Assembly (NCBI GenBank): GCA_964403155.1
Contig: CAYOEG010000004.1
Coordinates: forward strand, 1-60,468
Reading direction: 5' to 3'
Source: an uncultured Candidatus Saccharibacteria bacterium
Lineage (GTDB): Bacteria > Patescibacteriota > Dojkabacteria > SC72
Length of the DNA stretch: 60,468 nucleotides
Shown: positions 17,690 to 26,945 of the stretch, one piece after another
How the letters are laid out: each line of letters opens with the position of its first letter
How positions within the stretch are numbered: position 1 is the first letter of the stretch
Program-made: the position numbers and the translations under genes
Notes under the pieces: model-generated
What the model saw: the letters and a program-made list of their open reading frames with translations, nothing else
Told to the model about the DNA's origin: nothing
The model's database searches: none

Positions 17690-18670
17690 CTATTTGAGGT
17701 TCCTTCCGATTCCGTTCATAAATTCCCTCTCGTTGGTTTTGTTTCTTCCTTCCAGCTGTAATTCTGTAACATGGAGACATACTAATGGATCTCTTGTTGC
17801 AAACAATAGATGCCCATCTTTGACAAATAAATCTCCTGGATCTTTCTCAGAAGGTGTGTTTACTAATTCTGCATTAAATATCTTCATAATTTTCCCCTCT
17901 AGATTCTTGTTATCTAAGTTTGTAGGTAATACCGTCCATGCAATTGGCCATGGTATAAGGGCACGAATCATCCTCTCAATATATTCTGGTGAACTATTTT
18001 GCCAATCTATTTGTGCATTCTCTTTTGAAATATCTTTCTGCCAACAATATGTAGCTAATTCTGGGTTTTGTTGTCTTGGGGATATACCCCCATTTATCCA
18101 TTTTTCTAGAACATCGCCTAATACTTCTGCACTCTTTTTTACTAATCTTTGTCTTAATGACAAATTGGTATCATCGTCTCGAATATCTTCTTCAAATATT
18201 TCCAATACATCTCCTTCATCTAATCCTTCGGACATTAACATGATGGATATACCAGTGGTCTTCTCTCCATCTAATATTGCTTTCTGTATAGGGACAGCGC
18301 CTCTATACTTAGGAAGTACTGAGAAATGCACGTTGGTACATCCAAACTCAGGGGAATCTATGAATTCTTTAGGAATAAGTTCTCCAAAAGCTTTGCATAC
18401 TACAATCTCAGGTTTAAATTTGTCCAAAGCTTTTTGATATAACTCAGGTTTCTTGTTTGTATGAAAGACATGAATGCCGTTATCTAATGCAAACTGTTTT
18501 ACTTCTGAAGGTGTAGATATCTGTTTTCTGCCGACTAACTTGTCTGGTGTAGTTATGACTCCTACGATATCGAATCTTTTGTCTTCAAGAAGTGCTTTTA
18601 AGGTTGTAACAGATTCCCATCCTGTTCCAAGAAATAATAGTTTTGCAGGTTCCTTTTTTAAATCTTTCAT
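17690..18670 (-). CDS. fmt: Methionyl-tRNA formyltransferase
   Basis: 326 aa. The N-terminal formyltransferase domain has NVHFSVLPKYRGAVPIQKAILDGEKTTGISIM, and a C-terminal Fmt domain is present. Confidence 0.9.
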   Translation of the reverse strand: MKDLKKEPAKLLFLGTGWESVTTLKALLEDKRFDIVGVITTPDKLVGRKQISTPSEVKQFALDNGIHVFHTNKKPELYQKALDKFKPEIVVCKAFGELIPKEFIDSPEFGCTNVHFSVLPKYRGAVPIQKAILDGEKTTGISIMLMSEGLDEGDVLEIFEEDIRDDDTNLSLRQRLVKKSAEVLGDVLEKWINGGISPRQQNPELATYCWQKDISKENAQIDWQNSSPEYIERMIRALIPWPIAWTVLPTNLDNKNLEGKIMKIFNAELVNTPSEKDPGDLFVKDGHLLFATRDPLVCLHVTELQLEGRNKTNEREFMNGIGRNLK

Positions 18671-18682
18671 ATATTAATGATT

Positions 18683-18712
18683 TTACTGTATTAAAAGAAA
18701 AATTGGTATAAT
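18683..18712 (+). promoter_or_regulatory. Promoter for queA, placed for a leaderless or near-leaderless mRNA
   Basis: TTACTG (18683-18688), an 18-nt spacer and an extended -10 TGgTATAAT (TATAAT at 18707-18712). Only 7 nt separate the -10 from the ATG at 18720. Confidence 0.45.
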
Positions 18713-18719
18713 ACAGACC

Positions 18720-19745
18720 ATGAAAATGTCAGAATTTACATATACATTACCAGAAGAAAGAATAGCGAAATATCCTCCAGAAGAGAGAGGAACTACTAAT
18801 CTCCTTGTCCTTAACCGAACAGATGGAGGAATTGAGCATAAAAAATACTTCAACATCCCAGAATATATATCTGAAGGAGATGTTGTAGTGCTTAATGAAA
18901 CCAAAGTTGAGAAAAGAAGAACATATTTCAAAAATATTAACGGAAGGCAGTTGGAAGTACTCTTTTTAAATCGTATAGGAGATGGAAGATGGTATTGCTT
19001 AATTAAGGGTGGGAAATACATCAAATGCGAGGATATCCTTACTTCTGTAGAAGATGAAAGCATCAGAGTAAGAGTTAGCGAAAGAAGTAATACAGGCTTC
19101 CTAGTAGAACCATTGTCAGAAGAGGGTGAAAAGATATTTGATAGGGTTGGGCATACCCCAATTCCGCCATATATGAAAAGATCTGATACCCCAGAAGACT
19201 ATGTACGTTACAACACTGTATTTGCACGCCTTTTAGGGTCCGTAGCGGCTCCTACAGCGAGTTTAAACCTAACAGACGAAATACTAGCCCAGATGGAAGA
19301 AAAAGGCGTTAAAACCGCCAAGGTAGAGCTAAAAGTAGGTTGGGGGACATTTGCTCCAATTCGTGAAGAAAACATAGAAGATCATGAAATTCATAAGGAA
19401 GAAATATGTGTTTCTGCTGAATCTGCAACCGTTATTAATGAAGCAAAGAAGGCCGGAAAGAAAGTTTGGGCATTTGGAACGACAGTAGCTAGAACATTAG
19501 AAAGTGTTAGTGACGAGAAAGGCTTTGTTCATGAATATTCTGGTGAGACAAACCTCTATATATATCCGGGCTATACATGGAAGTGTGTAGATCACTTAAT
19601 TACCAACTTCCATATGCCAGATTCAAGCCTTATACTTTTAGTATCGTCTTTTGCAGGCAAGGAACTAATTAAAAAAGCATACCAAGAAGCTTTAGAAAAA
19701 GATTACAAGTTTTTAAGTTATGGAGACAGTATGTTAATACTTTAA
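18720..19745 (+). CDS. queA: S-adenosylmethionine:tRNA ribosyltransferase-isomerase
   Basis: 341 aa. MSEFTYTLPEERIAKYP...GHTPIPPYMKR...TTVARTLES...FHMPDSSLILLVSSF is typical QueA. Confidence 0.9.
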   Translation: MKMSEFTYTLPEERIAKYPPEERGTTNLLVLNRTDGGIEHKKYFNIPEYISEGDVVVLNETKVEKRRTYFKNINGRQLEVLFLNRIGDGRWYCLIKGGKYIKCEDILTSVEDESIRVRVSERSNTGFLVEPLSEEGEKIFDRVGHTPIPPYMKRSDTPEDYVRYNTVFARLLGSVAAPTASLNLTDEILAQMEEKGVKTAKVELKVGWGTFAPIREENIEDHEIHKEEICVSAESATVINEAKKAGKKVWAFGTTVARTLESVSDEKGFVHEYSGETNLYIYPGYTWKCVDHLITNFHMPDSSLILLVSSFAGKELIKKAYQEALEKDYKFLSYGDSMLIL

Positions 19746-19749
19746 AAAT

Positions 19750-20778
19750 ATGGAATTAAAAGATTTCGGTAAAAAACACGTATTTATGCCAGATGCGACT
19801 AGAGGAGCAGTTCGGTTTTTGACGACTGAACAATTGAAAGAGACAGGAATAGAAGCAATTGTTACAAATACTTTACATCTGTTGATGTCCCCTGGACCTG
19901 AGAGGATGAAAGAGTTAGGAGGTATTAAGAAATTTATGAATTGGGATGGAATAGTGTTGACTGATTCTGGAGGATTTCAGGTATTTTCATTGATTCATTC
20001 AAAGAAATGGAATGGTAAAGTACATGAAAATGGTGCAACTTTTAAATCACCATGGACAGGAGATGTATATGAGCTTACACCAGAGAGTTCTATTGATACC
20101 CAAATAGCTATTGGATCTGATATTTTAGTAACACTAGATGATTGTAGAAAAACAGATTTAACCCGAGATGAAGCAGAGCTTTCTGTAGAAAGAACTATTG
20201 CCTGGGCAAAGCGATGCAAAGATCATTTTGAAAATGTATATGGTGGTACTGCAAAGACAGGAAAATTATTAAGCTGTGTTGTACAGGGTGCAAACTTCCC
20301 AGATTTAAGAGAGAAGTGTGCTAAAGTTTTAACAGAGATAGGTTTTGATGGATACAACTTTGGGGGATTTGTGGTAGATGCTGATGGAGAATTAGTGTTA
20401 GATGAGATGGCTGCTGTTGTAGAAAATACACCAAAGGATAAATTCAAATATGCGATGGGAGTAGGTAAGCCAGAGGATATTCGAAGAGCGTCAAAGGTTG
20501 GATACAGGGTGTTTGATACTGTTTTGGTTACTAGAAATGCAAGGCATGGTACTTTGTATTCTTCTGATATTGAAGGAGAGGTTTTGAGAATTAACAATAC
20601 GGAGTATGCGAATGATCAAAGACCTATTGATTCTCAATGTGATTGCTATACTTGTAAGAATCATACAAGAGCGTATGTACATCAAATGTTAAAGGCGGGA
20701 GAAGCTACGGGTATGACTTTGGCAACTATTCATAACCTCAGATATTACCGGAGGTTGATTGAGGGGTTAAATGGTTAA
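19750..20778 (+). CDS. tgt: Queuine tRNA-ribosyltransferase
   Basis: 342 aa with DSGGFQVFSL, MGVGKPEDI and the zinc site CDCYTCKNHTRAYVHQM. Confidence 0.88.
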   Translation: MELKDFGKKHVFMPDATRGAVRFLTTEQLKETGIEAIVTNTLHLLMSPGPERMKELGGIKKFMNWDGIVLTDSGGFQVFSLIHSKKWNGKVHENGATFKSPWTGDVYELTPESSIDTQIAIGSDILVTLDDCRKTDLTRDEAELSVERTIAWAKRCKDHFENVYGGTAKTGKLLSCVVQGANFPDLREKCAKVLTEIGFDGYNFGGFVVDADGELVLDEMAAVVENTPKDKFKYAMGVGKPEDIRRASKVGYRVFDTVLVTRNARHGTLYSSDIEGEVLRINNTEYANDQRPIDSQCDCYTCKNHTRAYVHQMLKAGEATGMTLATIHNLRYYRRLIEGLNG

Positions 20779-21404
20779 GGGGATTTCTTTCTTAAGATTA
20801 ATGATTGGAAGTAGAAATTTGGATCTTTACTACCTATATCAATAGTTTTAAAAGATACTAAATCGAAATATTGTTTCGCGATTGCTAATAGTGTCTCATT
20901 AGACAGAAAAGAAAAGAAACGGGGGAGTCCCATTTTTGTATTGTCTGTTATTATCTTTTCTGTATTCTCACCACCATAGACTCCGTAGAAGAAAAGCCCA
21001 TCTTCACGTAGTTGTGCAGATATAAGCTCTAGTATATATGGGAGATCATTTCTTGGGACATGTAGTAAGACATTCATCGAGTATATTGCATCAAATTGCT
21101 TTTCTAATTTCGGTATCTCGTAGAGATCCAAAATTTGTGCATCCAATCCTTTCTCCTGACACGTTTCTACCATTGATTCAGATAAATCAACGGCCAACAC
21201 ATCTAGCTCTAGACTTTTAAAGTAAGCAGAATCCGTGCCAACGCCAGCTCCTAACTCTAGCAAACTCTCTTTCTCCTCTGTTATCACAAGATTTGCGAAA
21301 TCTCCCCTTGCATTGATTTTCCAATCCTCCTTTTTGGGCTCTGAGTCTAATCTTCGTTGTGCATCCATGTTGTATGCGACGCGTAATTCCTCTTTAAAAT
21401 CCAT
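20775..21404 (-). CDS. Class I SAM-dependent methyltransferase
   Basis: 209 aa with the motif I-like LLELGAGVGTDSAYF and then VLAVDLSESMV. It is convergent with tgt and overlaps it by 4 nt. Confidence 0.65.
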   Translation of the reverse strand: MDFKEELRVAYNMDAQRRLDSEPKKEDWKINARGDFANLVITEEKESLLELGAGVGTDSAYFKSLELDVLAVDLSESMVETCQEKGLDAQILDLYEIPKLEKQFDAIYSMNVLLHVPRNDLPYILELISAQLREDGLFFYGVYGGENTEKIITDNTKMGLPRFFSFLSNETLLAIAKQYFDLVSFKTIDIGSKDPNFYFQSLILRKKSP

Positions 21405-21456
21405 TTGTGATTATACCTCGAATGATGCATTGAAGAAATCAAATAAATGAACTTAG

Positions 21457-21486
21457 CTGAAATGCCTTCTCCTATTTTGATATAAT
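21457..21486 (+). promoter_or_regulatory. Candidate promoter in the long rny upstream region
   Basis: CTGAAA (21457-21462), an 18-nt spacer and an extended -10 TGaTATAAT (TATAAT at 21481-21486). It lies ~280 nt upstream of rny. Confidence 0.4.
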
Positions 21487-21762
21487 CAAACATCACGAGG
21501 AAGAAAACGAACATATACTCGAGTGGTATATAGCTACGCCTTCCATTTTTATTCTTTCTTTCGTTGAGGTATTAGACTAAAAATGATATTATTGTAAAGT
21601 CCTATTATTAAACACTTTTTACGATTGAATATATTGATATTTATTAATTTTATGAAATCTATATTTAATAAAATTAAAGGTAGTGATTCATTAAAAACCG
21701 CTATTACAGCGGTGTATTCCCATAAAGTAGTTTAATAGGACCGATTAAATTTTAAATAAAGC

Positions 21763-23289
21763 ATGATGGAAACATTAGCAATAATACTTGCTTCTGTCGT
21801 CGCTGCTGCAGGTGGATCAGTTGTACTGCTTAAATATGTATTTAAGTGGGTAAATGTAAATAAGATTCCAGAATCTGAAATAGAGGCAGCTGCCAAGAAG
21901 ATGATGAGTAAGAAGTTCGAAGAAGCAGAAGAAGAACTTGCTGGCTTAAGAGAGCGAGAAGAGAAGCGATTGAAAGATATGAGGAGAGAGAATACTGAAC
22001 ATGAAGAAATCCTCATTGAAAGAGAAAAGACTCTGAACAAGCGATCGAAGATCTTGGATGAAAAGAGTTCTGAATTAGAGAAGATGGATAGCGATCTTAA
22101 AGAAACTATGAAGAGAATGGAAGATTCGAGAGTTCAATTAAAAACAGAACTTGAGAAGATATCAGGGCTTTCTAGAGAGGAAGCTACCGAAAGATTAAAG
22201 AAAGAAATTGAAGAAGACCTTAAAGGTTATGAAGCTCAAAAGATTAGACAGTCAGAAAAGAACATTGAAGCTGTCGCAGATGAGAAGGCTCAGCATATTC
22301 TTGTAGAATCGATGCAAAGAGTTGCAACCGATTATGTTGGTGAAACCACCACAAAAAGTATCAAGGTTGAAGATGAAAAAGTTAAAGGAAGAATCATCGG
22401 AAAAGAAGGAAGAAACATCAGATCGTTTGAACAAATTACAGGTGTTGATGTCATCGTTGATGAATCCCCAACCTCTATTGGTTTGTCATCTTTTGATCCT
22501 TTGAGAAGAGAGATTGCATACGTTGCAATGACAAAGCTCATTGGTGACGGAAGAATTCATCCAGGAGCAATTGAAGAGTGTGTGAGAAAAGCTAAAAATG
22601 AGATTTCATTAGAAATTAAAAAGAATGGACAGATCCTTGCAGAAGAAGCTGGCTGGCCAGATATTGATATTGGTCTTCTCAAGCTTATCGGTAAGATGAA
22701 ATACAGAACCAGTTATGGCCAATCTTTGATGTCTCATACGATTGAGGTTGTCAGATTAGCAGAGGTACTTGCTGCAGAGGTAGGTGCTGATGTTGAATTA
22801 GTTAAACGTGCGGCATTGCTTCATGATGTAGGAAAAGTATTAACACATAAGATAGATTTGCCACACCACCATATATCAGGGCAGGTTGCAAGAAAGTATG
22901 TCTTAAGTGACAAACTTGTTAATGCTATCGAAGCACACCACATGGATATCGAACCTACATCTGTAGAAGCAGTAATAGTGTACCTCGCAGATGCAATCTC
23001 AGGTGCGAGACCGGGTGCTAGAAAAGATAGCTATGAACAATATATACAGAGAATTGAAGGTATCGAGAATGCCGCAAAGGATGTTGCAGGAGACAAGATT
23101 GATGATGTCTTTGCTATTAGAGCAGGTAGAGAACTTCGTGTAATCGTTAAGCCTATTCTTGTTTCAGATGATGAAGCAAAGGTTATGGCAAAGCAAATTG
23201 CACAAGCGATTGAGAAGACCCAAAGCTATCCTGGTAATGTAGAAGTAACAGTTATCAGAGAAACAAGAGCTATAGAAGTGGCGAGATAG
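21763..23289 (+). CDS. rny: Ribonuclease Y
   Basis: 508 aa with an N-terminal TM helix, a coiled coil, a KH domain (GRIIGKEGRNIRSFEQITGVDVIVD) and an HD domain (LLHDVGK...EAHH). Confidence 0.92.
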   Translation: MMETLAIILASVVAAAGGSVVLLKYVFKWVNVNKIPESEIEAAAKKMMSKKFEEAEEELAGLREREEKRLKDMRRENTEHEEILIEREKTLNKRSKILDEKSSELEKMDSDLKETMKRMEDSRVQLKTELEKISGLSREEATERLKKEIEEDLKGYEAQKIRQSEKNIEAVADEKAQHILVESMQRVATDYVGETTTKSIKVEDEKVKGRIIGKEGRNIRSFEQITGVDVIVDESPTSIGLSSFDPLRREIAYVAMTKLIGDGRIHPGAIEECVRKAKNEISLEIKKNGQILAEEAGWPDIDIGLLKLIGKMKYRTSYGQSLMSHTIEVVRLAEVLAAEVGADVELVKRAALLHDVGKVLTHKIDLPHHHISGQVARKYVLSDKLVNAIEAHHMDIEPTSVEAVIVYLADAISGARPGARKDSYEQYIQRIEGIENAAKDVAGDKIDDVFAIRAGRELRVIVKPILVSDDEAKVMAKQIAQAIEKTQSYPGNVEVTVIRETRAIEVAR

Positions 23290-23325
23290 CAATATCGAGC
23301 ATAGCTTCTAGTTATGATTGCTATA

Positions 23326-23356
23326 GGGGAAGGGGTAAAATCTCTTCCCCTTTTTC
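23326..23356 (+). terminator. Intrinsic terminator after rny
   Basis: GGGGAAG (23326-23332) pairs with CTTCCCC (23344-23350) across an 11-nt loop, followed by TTTTT. Confidence 0.75.
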
Positions 23357-23672
23357 ATTAATGTACCACGGGACTGTGCAAAAAACTTGCAACAGCTTAA
23401 TTTTTGTGTAAATACCTGTAAAACAACGGTATGACGGTATTTGTAGGGTACTGCGCAACTACCAGTGCATATTCTAGCGAGAATATGATTACAAAGTTGT
23501 AACAATGAGAAACCTTAATATACCAAAGTTTTTGATCATAACCATATCCGCCCTGTAGTAAGTAGCATGCTTGACGATTGGCTTTATATAGCCTATTTTT
23601 AAGGTGGATATACACAAAGACTTAATTTAAAGCTTTTGTGCATAGTATCTCTTAAGAAAGGAGGTCATCGTC

Positions 23673-23942
23673 ATGTTAAAAAAAGATTTAGTTGATAAAA
23701 TTGCATCAACAGGTTTAACAAAGAGACAAGCAGGTGATGCTTTGGACGCAGTCCTCGAGGCAATCTCTGGTTCTCTTAAAGATGGTGAACCTGTTCTTTT
23801 AACTGGTTTCGGTAAATTTGAAGTCAGAACAAGAGCTGCTAGAACTGGAATCAATCCAAAGACTCTTGCTAAGATCAAGTTACCTGCAACCAAAGTTCCA
23901 GCATTCAAACCTGGAAAAGCTTTGAAATCTGCAGTAAAGTAA
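23673..23942 (+). CDS. hup: DNA-binding protein HU
   Basis: 89 aa. LKKDLVDKIA...GFGKFEVRTRAARTGINPKT...KIKLPATKVPAFKPGKALK is typical HU/IHF. A strong SD (AAGGAGGT) precedes it. Confidence 0.92.
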   Translation: MLKKDLVDKIASTGLTKRQAGDALDAVLEAISGSLKDGEPVLLTGFGKFEVRTRAARTGINPKTLAKIKLPATKVPAFKPGKALKSAVK

Positions 23943-23980
23943 GTGCCGCCGGCATTTCCTTGCAGATAAGGAAAATGGAG

Positions 23981-24010
23981 AAGGACTCGAAAGAGTCCTT
24001 TTTCGTTTTA
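23981..24010 (+). terminator. Intrinsic terminator after hup
   Basis: AAGGACTC-GAAA-GAGTCCTT (8-bp stem with a GNRA loop) followed by TTTCGTTTT. Confidence 0.85.
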
Positions 24011-24067
24011 AAGGCTCGACTATTTGAAATAAATACTTTAAACTAGGAAAGTATATACAATGCCCAT

Positions 24068-25435
24068 ATGAAGAACTTCTTTATTCCAACTCAACATAAC
24101 AAGTACAAACCATATCTGCTTAGAAAAGTGGCTTTAGTAGCATATTCTTTTATCATCGTATTCGTTAATAGTTTTGGCGGGATATTTGGGATTTCCAAGG
24201 TGGAGGCTAGCACAATATCAACAGAGAATATTATTAATCTAACCAACCAAGAGAGAATTGCAAGTGGGTTGAATGCTTTAAATGAAAACTCTCAATTAGA
24301 TGCTGCAGCCTTAGCAAAAGCAAATAATATGTTTGAACAACAATATTGGGATCATTTCGGGCCAAATGGAGAAACACCATGGCAGTTCATTCGAGCAGAG
24401 GGATACAACTATGTGTATGCAGGAGAAAATCTTGCAAAAGGTTTCCAGACTGCAGAAGGTGTGCATGAAGCTTGGATGGCAAGTCCAACACATGCTGCAA
24501 ATATCATGAGCGGAAATTACAAAGACATAGGGGTTGCAATTGTACAAGGGGTTTTGCTTGGGAAACAGACTACTTTAGTTGTGCAAATGTTTGGGAACTT
24601 AACTACTCAGGTTGCTGGGACTTCCACAGTAGAAGGAACAGAGTCATCTAGTGGTACGGTTATTGGAAATGAGCAAGGAGAGATAAAGAGTATCCGGATA
24701 ACATCGCCAGTGCAATCATCAATATCTACAGATCCTAGCCTCAATGTGCAAGGTGAGACAGCGAATGTCTCGGGTGATTACACAGTAGAAGTATTGGATA
24801 AATCAGTGGTGGTTGGAGAGACCACATCTAGTGATAATAGTTGGGAATATGACAAAAACGGAGATTGGTTTGAGGGTGAGCATGTATTAAAAGCACAGGT
24901 GAAGGGAGAGAATGTAGTCTCACAGGAAATAAGCTTCACAATGGACTCTACAGCCCCTCTGGTGGACCTTTCCTCTATCGCTGTAAGCAAGGGGGACGAT
25001 TCATATACTCTGACTTTCAAAATAGATAACACATGGACAGACTTACGTATTGTAAACGGTGCAGATACAATACCTGTGACATCTGAGGATAAGGAAAATA
25101 TCACAATCGAAATCCCCACAAAAGGTATAGGAACCAAAATTGTGATAATGGCATCCGATGTACTTGGTAATGTCTCGCAGACAGATATAACTGAATATTT
25201 CCAAACTAATGAAGGAAAGACTAACATAGTCTTGAGTATTTTTAATTCAAGTATTGGAGACAAAATTAGCGTAGGAATTGTAATCCTAATATTTATTCTT
25301 TTGTGCATTGAAATTTTTGTATACTGGAGAAAAGGCAAATTGAAGGAAATAGTTGGAGATTTGTTTACGGTAGGTGCATGGTGGCTAATATTAACAGTAG
25401 CAATATTTAATGGATTTACAGGCTTAATTAATTAA
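24068..25435 (+). CDS. CAP/SCP-domain (YkwD-like) secreted protein with a C-terminal membrane anchor
   Basis: 455 aa with an N-terminal TM or signal. The CAP-like block is NQERIASGLNAL...AGENLAKGF...HEAWMASPTHAANIM...YKDIGVAIV. A beta-rich region follows, and two TM helices sit at the C-terminus. Confidence 0.6.
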   Translation: MKNFFIPTQHNKYKPYLLRKVALVAYSFIIVFVNSFGGIFGISKVEASTISTENIINLTNQERIASGLNALNENSQLDAAALAKANNMFEQQYWDHFGPNGETPWQFIRAEGYNYVYAGENLAKGFQTAEGVHEAWMASPTHAANIMSGNYKDIGVAIVQGVLLGKQTTLVVQMFGNLTTQVAGTSTVEGTESSSGTVIGNEQGEIKSIRITSPVQSSISTDPSLNVQGETANVSGDYTVEVLDKSVVVGETTSSDNSWEYDKNGDWFEGEHVLKAQVKGENVVSQEISFTMDSTAPLVDLSSIAVSKGDDSYTLTFKIDNTWTDLRIVNGADTIPVTSEDKENITIEIPTKGIGTKIVIMASDVLGNVSQTDITEYFQTNEGKTNIVLSIFNSSIGDKISVGIVILIFILLCIEIFVYWRKGKLKEIVGDLFTVGAWWLILTVAIFNGFTGLIN

Positions 25436-25446
25436 AACACTGCCCA

Positions 25447-26244
25447 GTGAAAAAATACAGGTTAAAAGTACAAAATGATTTAGCATATCTTTTCATACTT
25501 CTGGCATTAACAGAATTCTTCAACTATCTTGTACCAATAACCAAGGGATTTACACTCATACTTACTGGTGTAATGGGGATATTACTTTTGGAGACATGGT
25601 TTGTAAGGATATTCGGTAAATATTCTGGTAAAAAAATATCAAAATACAGTGATGTAATAGTTAAAATCTCATTGAAAGAAAGATTCTTTAGCTATTTTGT
25701 TCTTCCTTCTGTTTTCTACTCTGCGATCCTTGCATTCTTGTACTTTAATCGAAATATTGTATTGGGGCACGTAGTTCTAGGGGTTTGTATGATACTTTTC
25801 TTAGTTCTCTTTCTTAATGTAAAAAGTTCACTTAACAAAGTATATTCAGTAGCGAATGCAACGAGGGCAATATTTGACTTCATATGTATAACAATTCTTT
25901 TCTTGTTAGTTAATGTATATATCAGAATTGGGATATCTTTGTTAATATTCGCACTTCTTGTGTTCATATCCTCTTTCATACTATTAATCTTCTCTTTGAA
26001 ACTACATAAAAGAATTGGTGGTATTGAGTTACTAATTTCACTCCTAAGCTCAATATTTATAGCTTTGTTAACTGCAATATTTTGGAATACTAACATTTTC
26101 GTCATACCATTAATTAGCACTTTGGCATTCTACCTAGTCATTTCAATTTGGAATATAAGATTTGCAGGAAAAATCCATTTAGTTGATTACATTTTGCCAT
26201 TCCTCTATGTAATACTCGCATTAACACTAATATTAACGCTATGA
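25447..26244 (+). CDS. Polytopic membrane protein, unknown function
   Basis: 265 aa with a GTG start and ~8 hydrophobic helices. I recognise no motif. The coding call rests on length, strand continuity and tight packing with its neighbours. Confidence 0.4.
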   Translation: MKKYRLKVQNDLAYLFILLALTEFFNYLVPITKGFTLILTGVMGILLLETWFVRIFGKYSGKKISKYSDVIVKISLKERFFSYFVLPSVFYSAILAFLYFNRNIVLGHVVLGVCMILFLVLFLNVKSSLNKVYSVANATRAIFDFICITILFLLVNVYIRIGISLLIFALLVFISSFILLIFSLKLHKRIGGIELLISLLSSIFIALLTAIFWNTNIFVIPLISTLAFYLVISIWNIRFAGKIHLVDYILPFLYVILALTLILTL

Positions 26245-26945
26245 CAGGACAAAAAATTGTATTAAAGATAGGTGGCTCAATCCTTTTTGATAAGAGTTTA
26301 AATATTAATTTCCAATTGTTAGAGAAGGTAAAGCAATGGTATTGGAGAGTTCTTCCTTCAGCTGAAAAAATAGCCATTGTAGTAGGTGGAGGATATCTTT
26401 CAAGAGAGATTCAAAACAGAATGAAAGGAGAAATTACTGAAGAACAGGCTTTGCACAATATTGCTATGCAGGTAACTCAAACTAATGCCGCATTAGTACA
26501 GGGGTATATAAATGATAGCAATTCATATCTTCCGAAGAAATTGGGTGATGCATATGAATTTCTTAAGGATCCTAAGGGGAAGGCATTGGTAAGTGGCGGT
26601 TTAAAAATAGGTTGGAGTACAGATATGGATGCTGCGGTATTCGCAAATATACTGGATGTGGAAAAGATTCTTAAACTTTCAAATATTGAATATGTATATG
26701 ATAGTGATCCAGATACTAATCCAAACGCTATGTCCCAAAAAGATTTAACATGGAAGGAATATTTCAAACTTGCAGGAATCAGTGATGGTGATGGACATAT
26801 AGTGAATAAGAGCATGCCAATTGATGCAACTTGTGCTCAATTCTGCGAAAAGAAAAAGCTCTCCTTCTTTATCTGTGGTGGGAAAAATCTCATTGAAAAA
26901 AACAGCATAGAAGAGGTTCTCTCTTCGGGAACTTTAATACACTAA
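26241..26945 (+). CDS. pyrH: Amino-acid-kinase-fold protein, probable archaeal-type UMP kinase
   Basis: 234 aa. KIVLKIGGSILF, VVGGGYLSREIQ, SGGLKIGWSTDMDAAVFAN and LSNIEYVYDSDPDTNPNA resemble the short (~225 aa) archaeal UMP kinase pattern as I remember it. Confidence 0.5.
   Translation: MTGQKIVLKIGGSILFDKSLNINFQLLEKVKQWYWRVLPSAEKIAIVVGGGYLSREIQNRMKGEITEEQALHNIAMQVTQTNAALVQGYINDSNSYLPKKLGDAYEFLKDPKGKALVSGGLKIGWSTDMDAAVFANILDVEKILKLSNIEYVYDSDPDTNPNAMSQKDLTWKEYFKLAGISDGDGHIVNKSMPIDATCAQFCEKKKLSFFICGGKNLIEKNSIEEVLSSGTLIH

Noticed and set aside
17694-18437. A 247-aa plus-strand ORF.
   Set aside because: It is antisense to fmt, which is clearly homologous to its family. Its composition is Ser/Phe/Leu-rich and low-complexity, typical of shadow ORFs in AT-rich genes.
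18671-18719. A preQ1 riboswitch upstream of queA/tgt.
   Set aside because: Only ~50 nt are available, and a consensus promoter whose -10 ends 7 nt from the ATG occupies them, leaving no room for an aptamer.
21652-21735. A 27-codon ORF (MKSIFNKIKGSDSLKTAITAVYSHKVV) upstream of rny.
   Set aside because: It has no RBS and no recognisable family, and such short ORFs are expected by chance. It is mentioned only as part of the rny leader finding.
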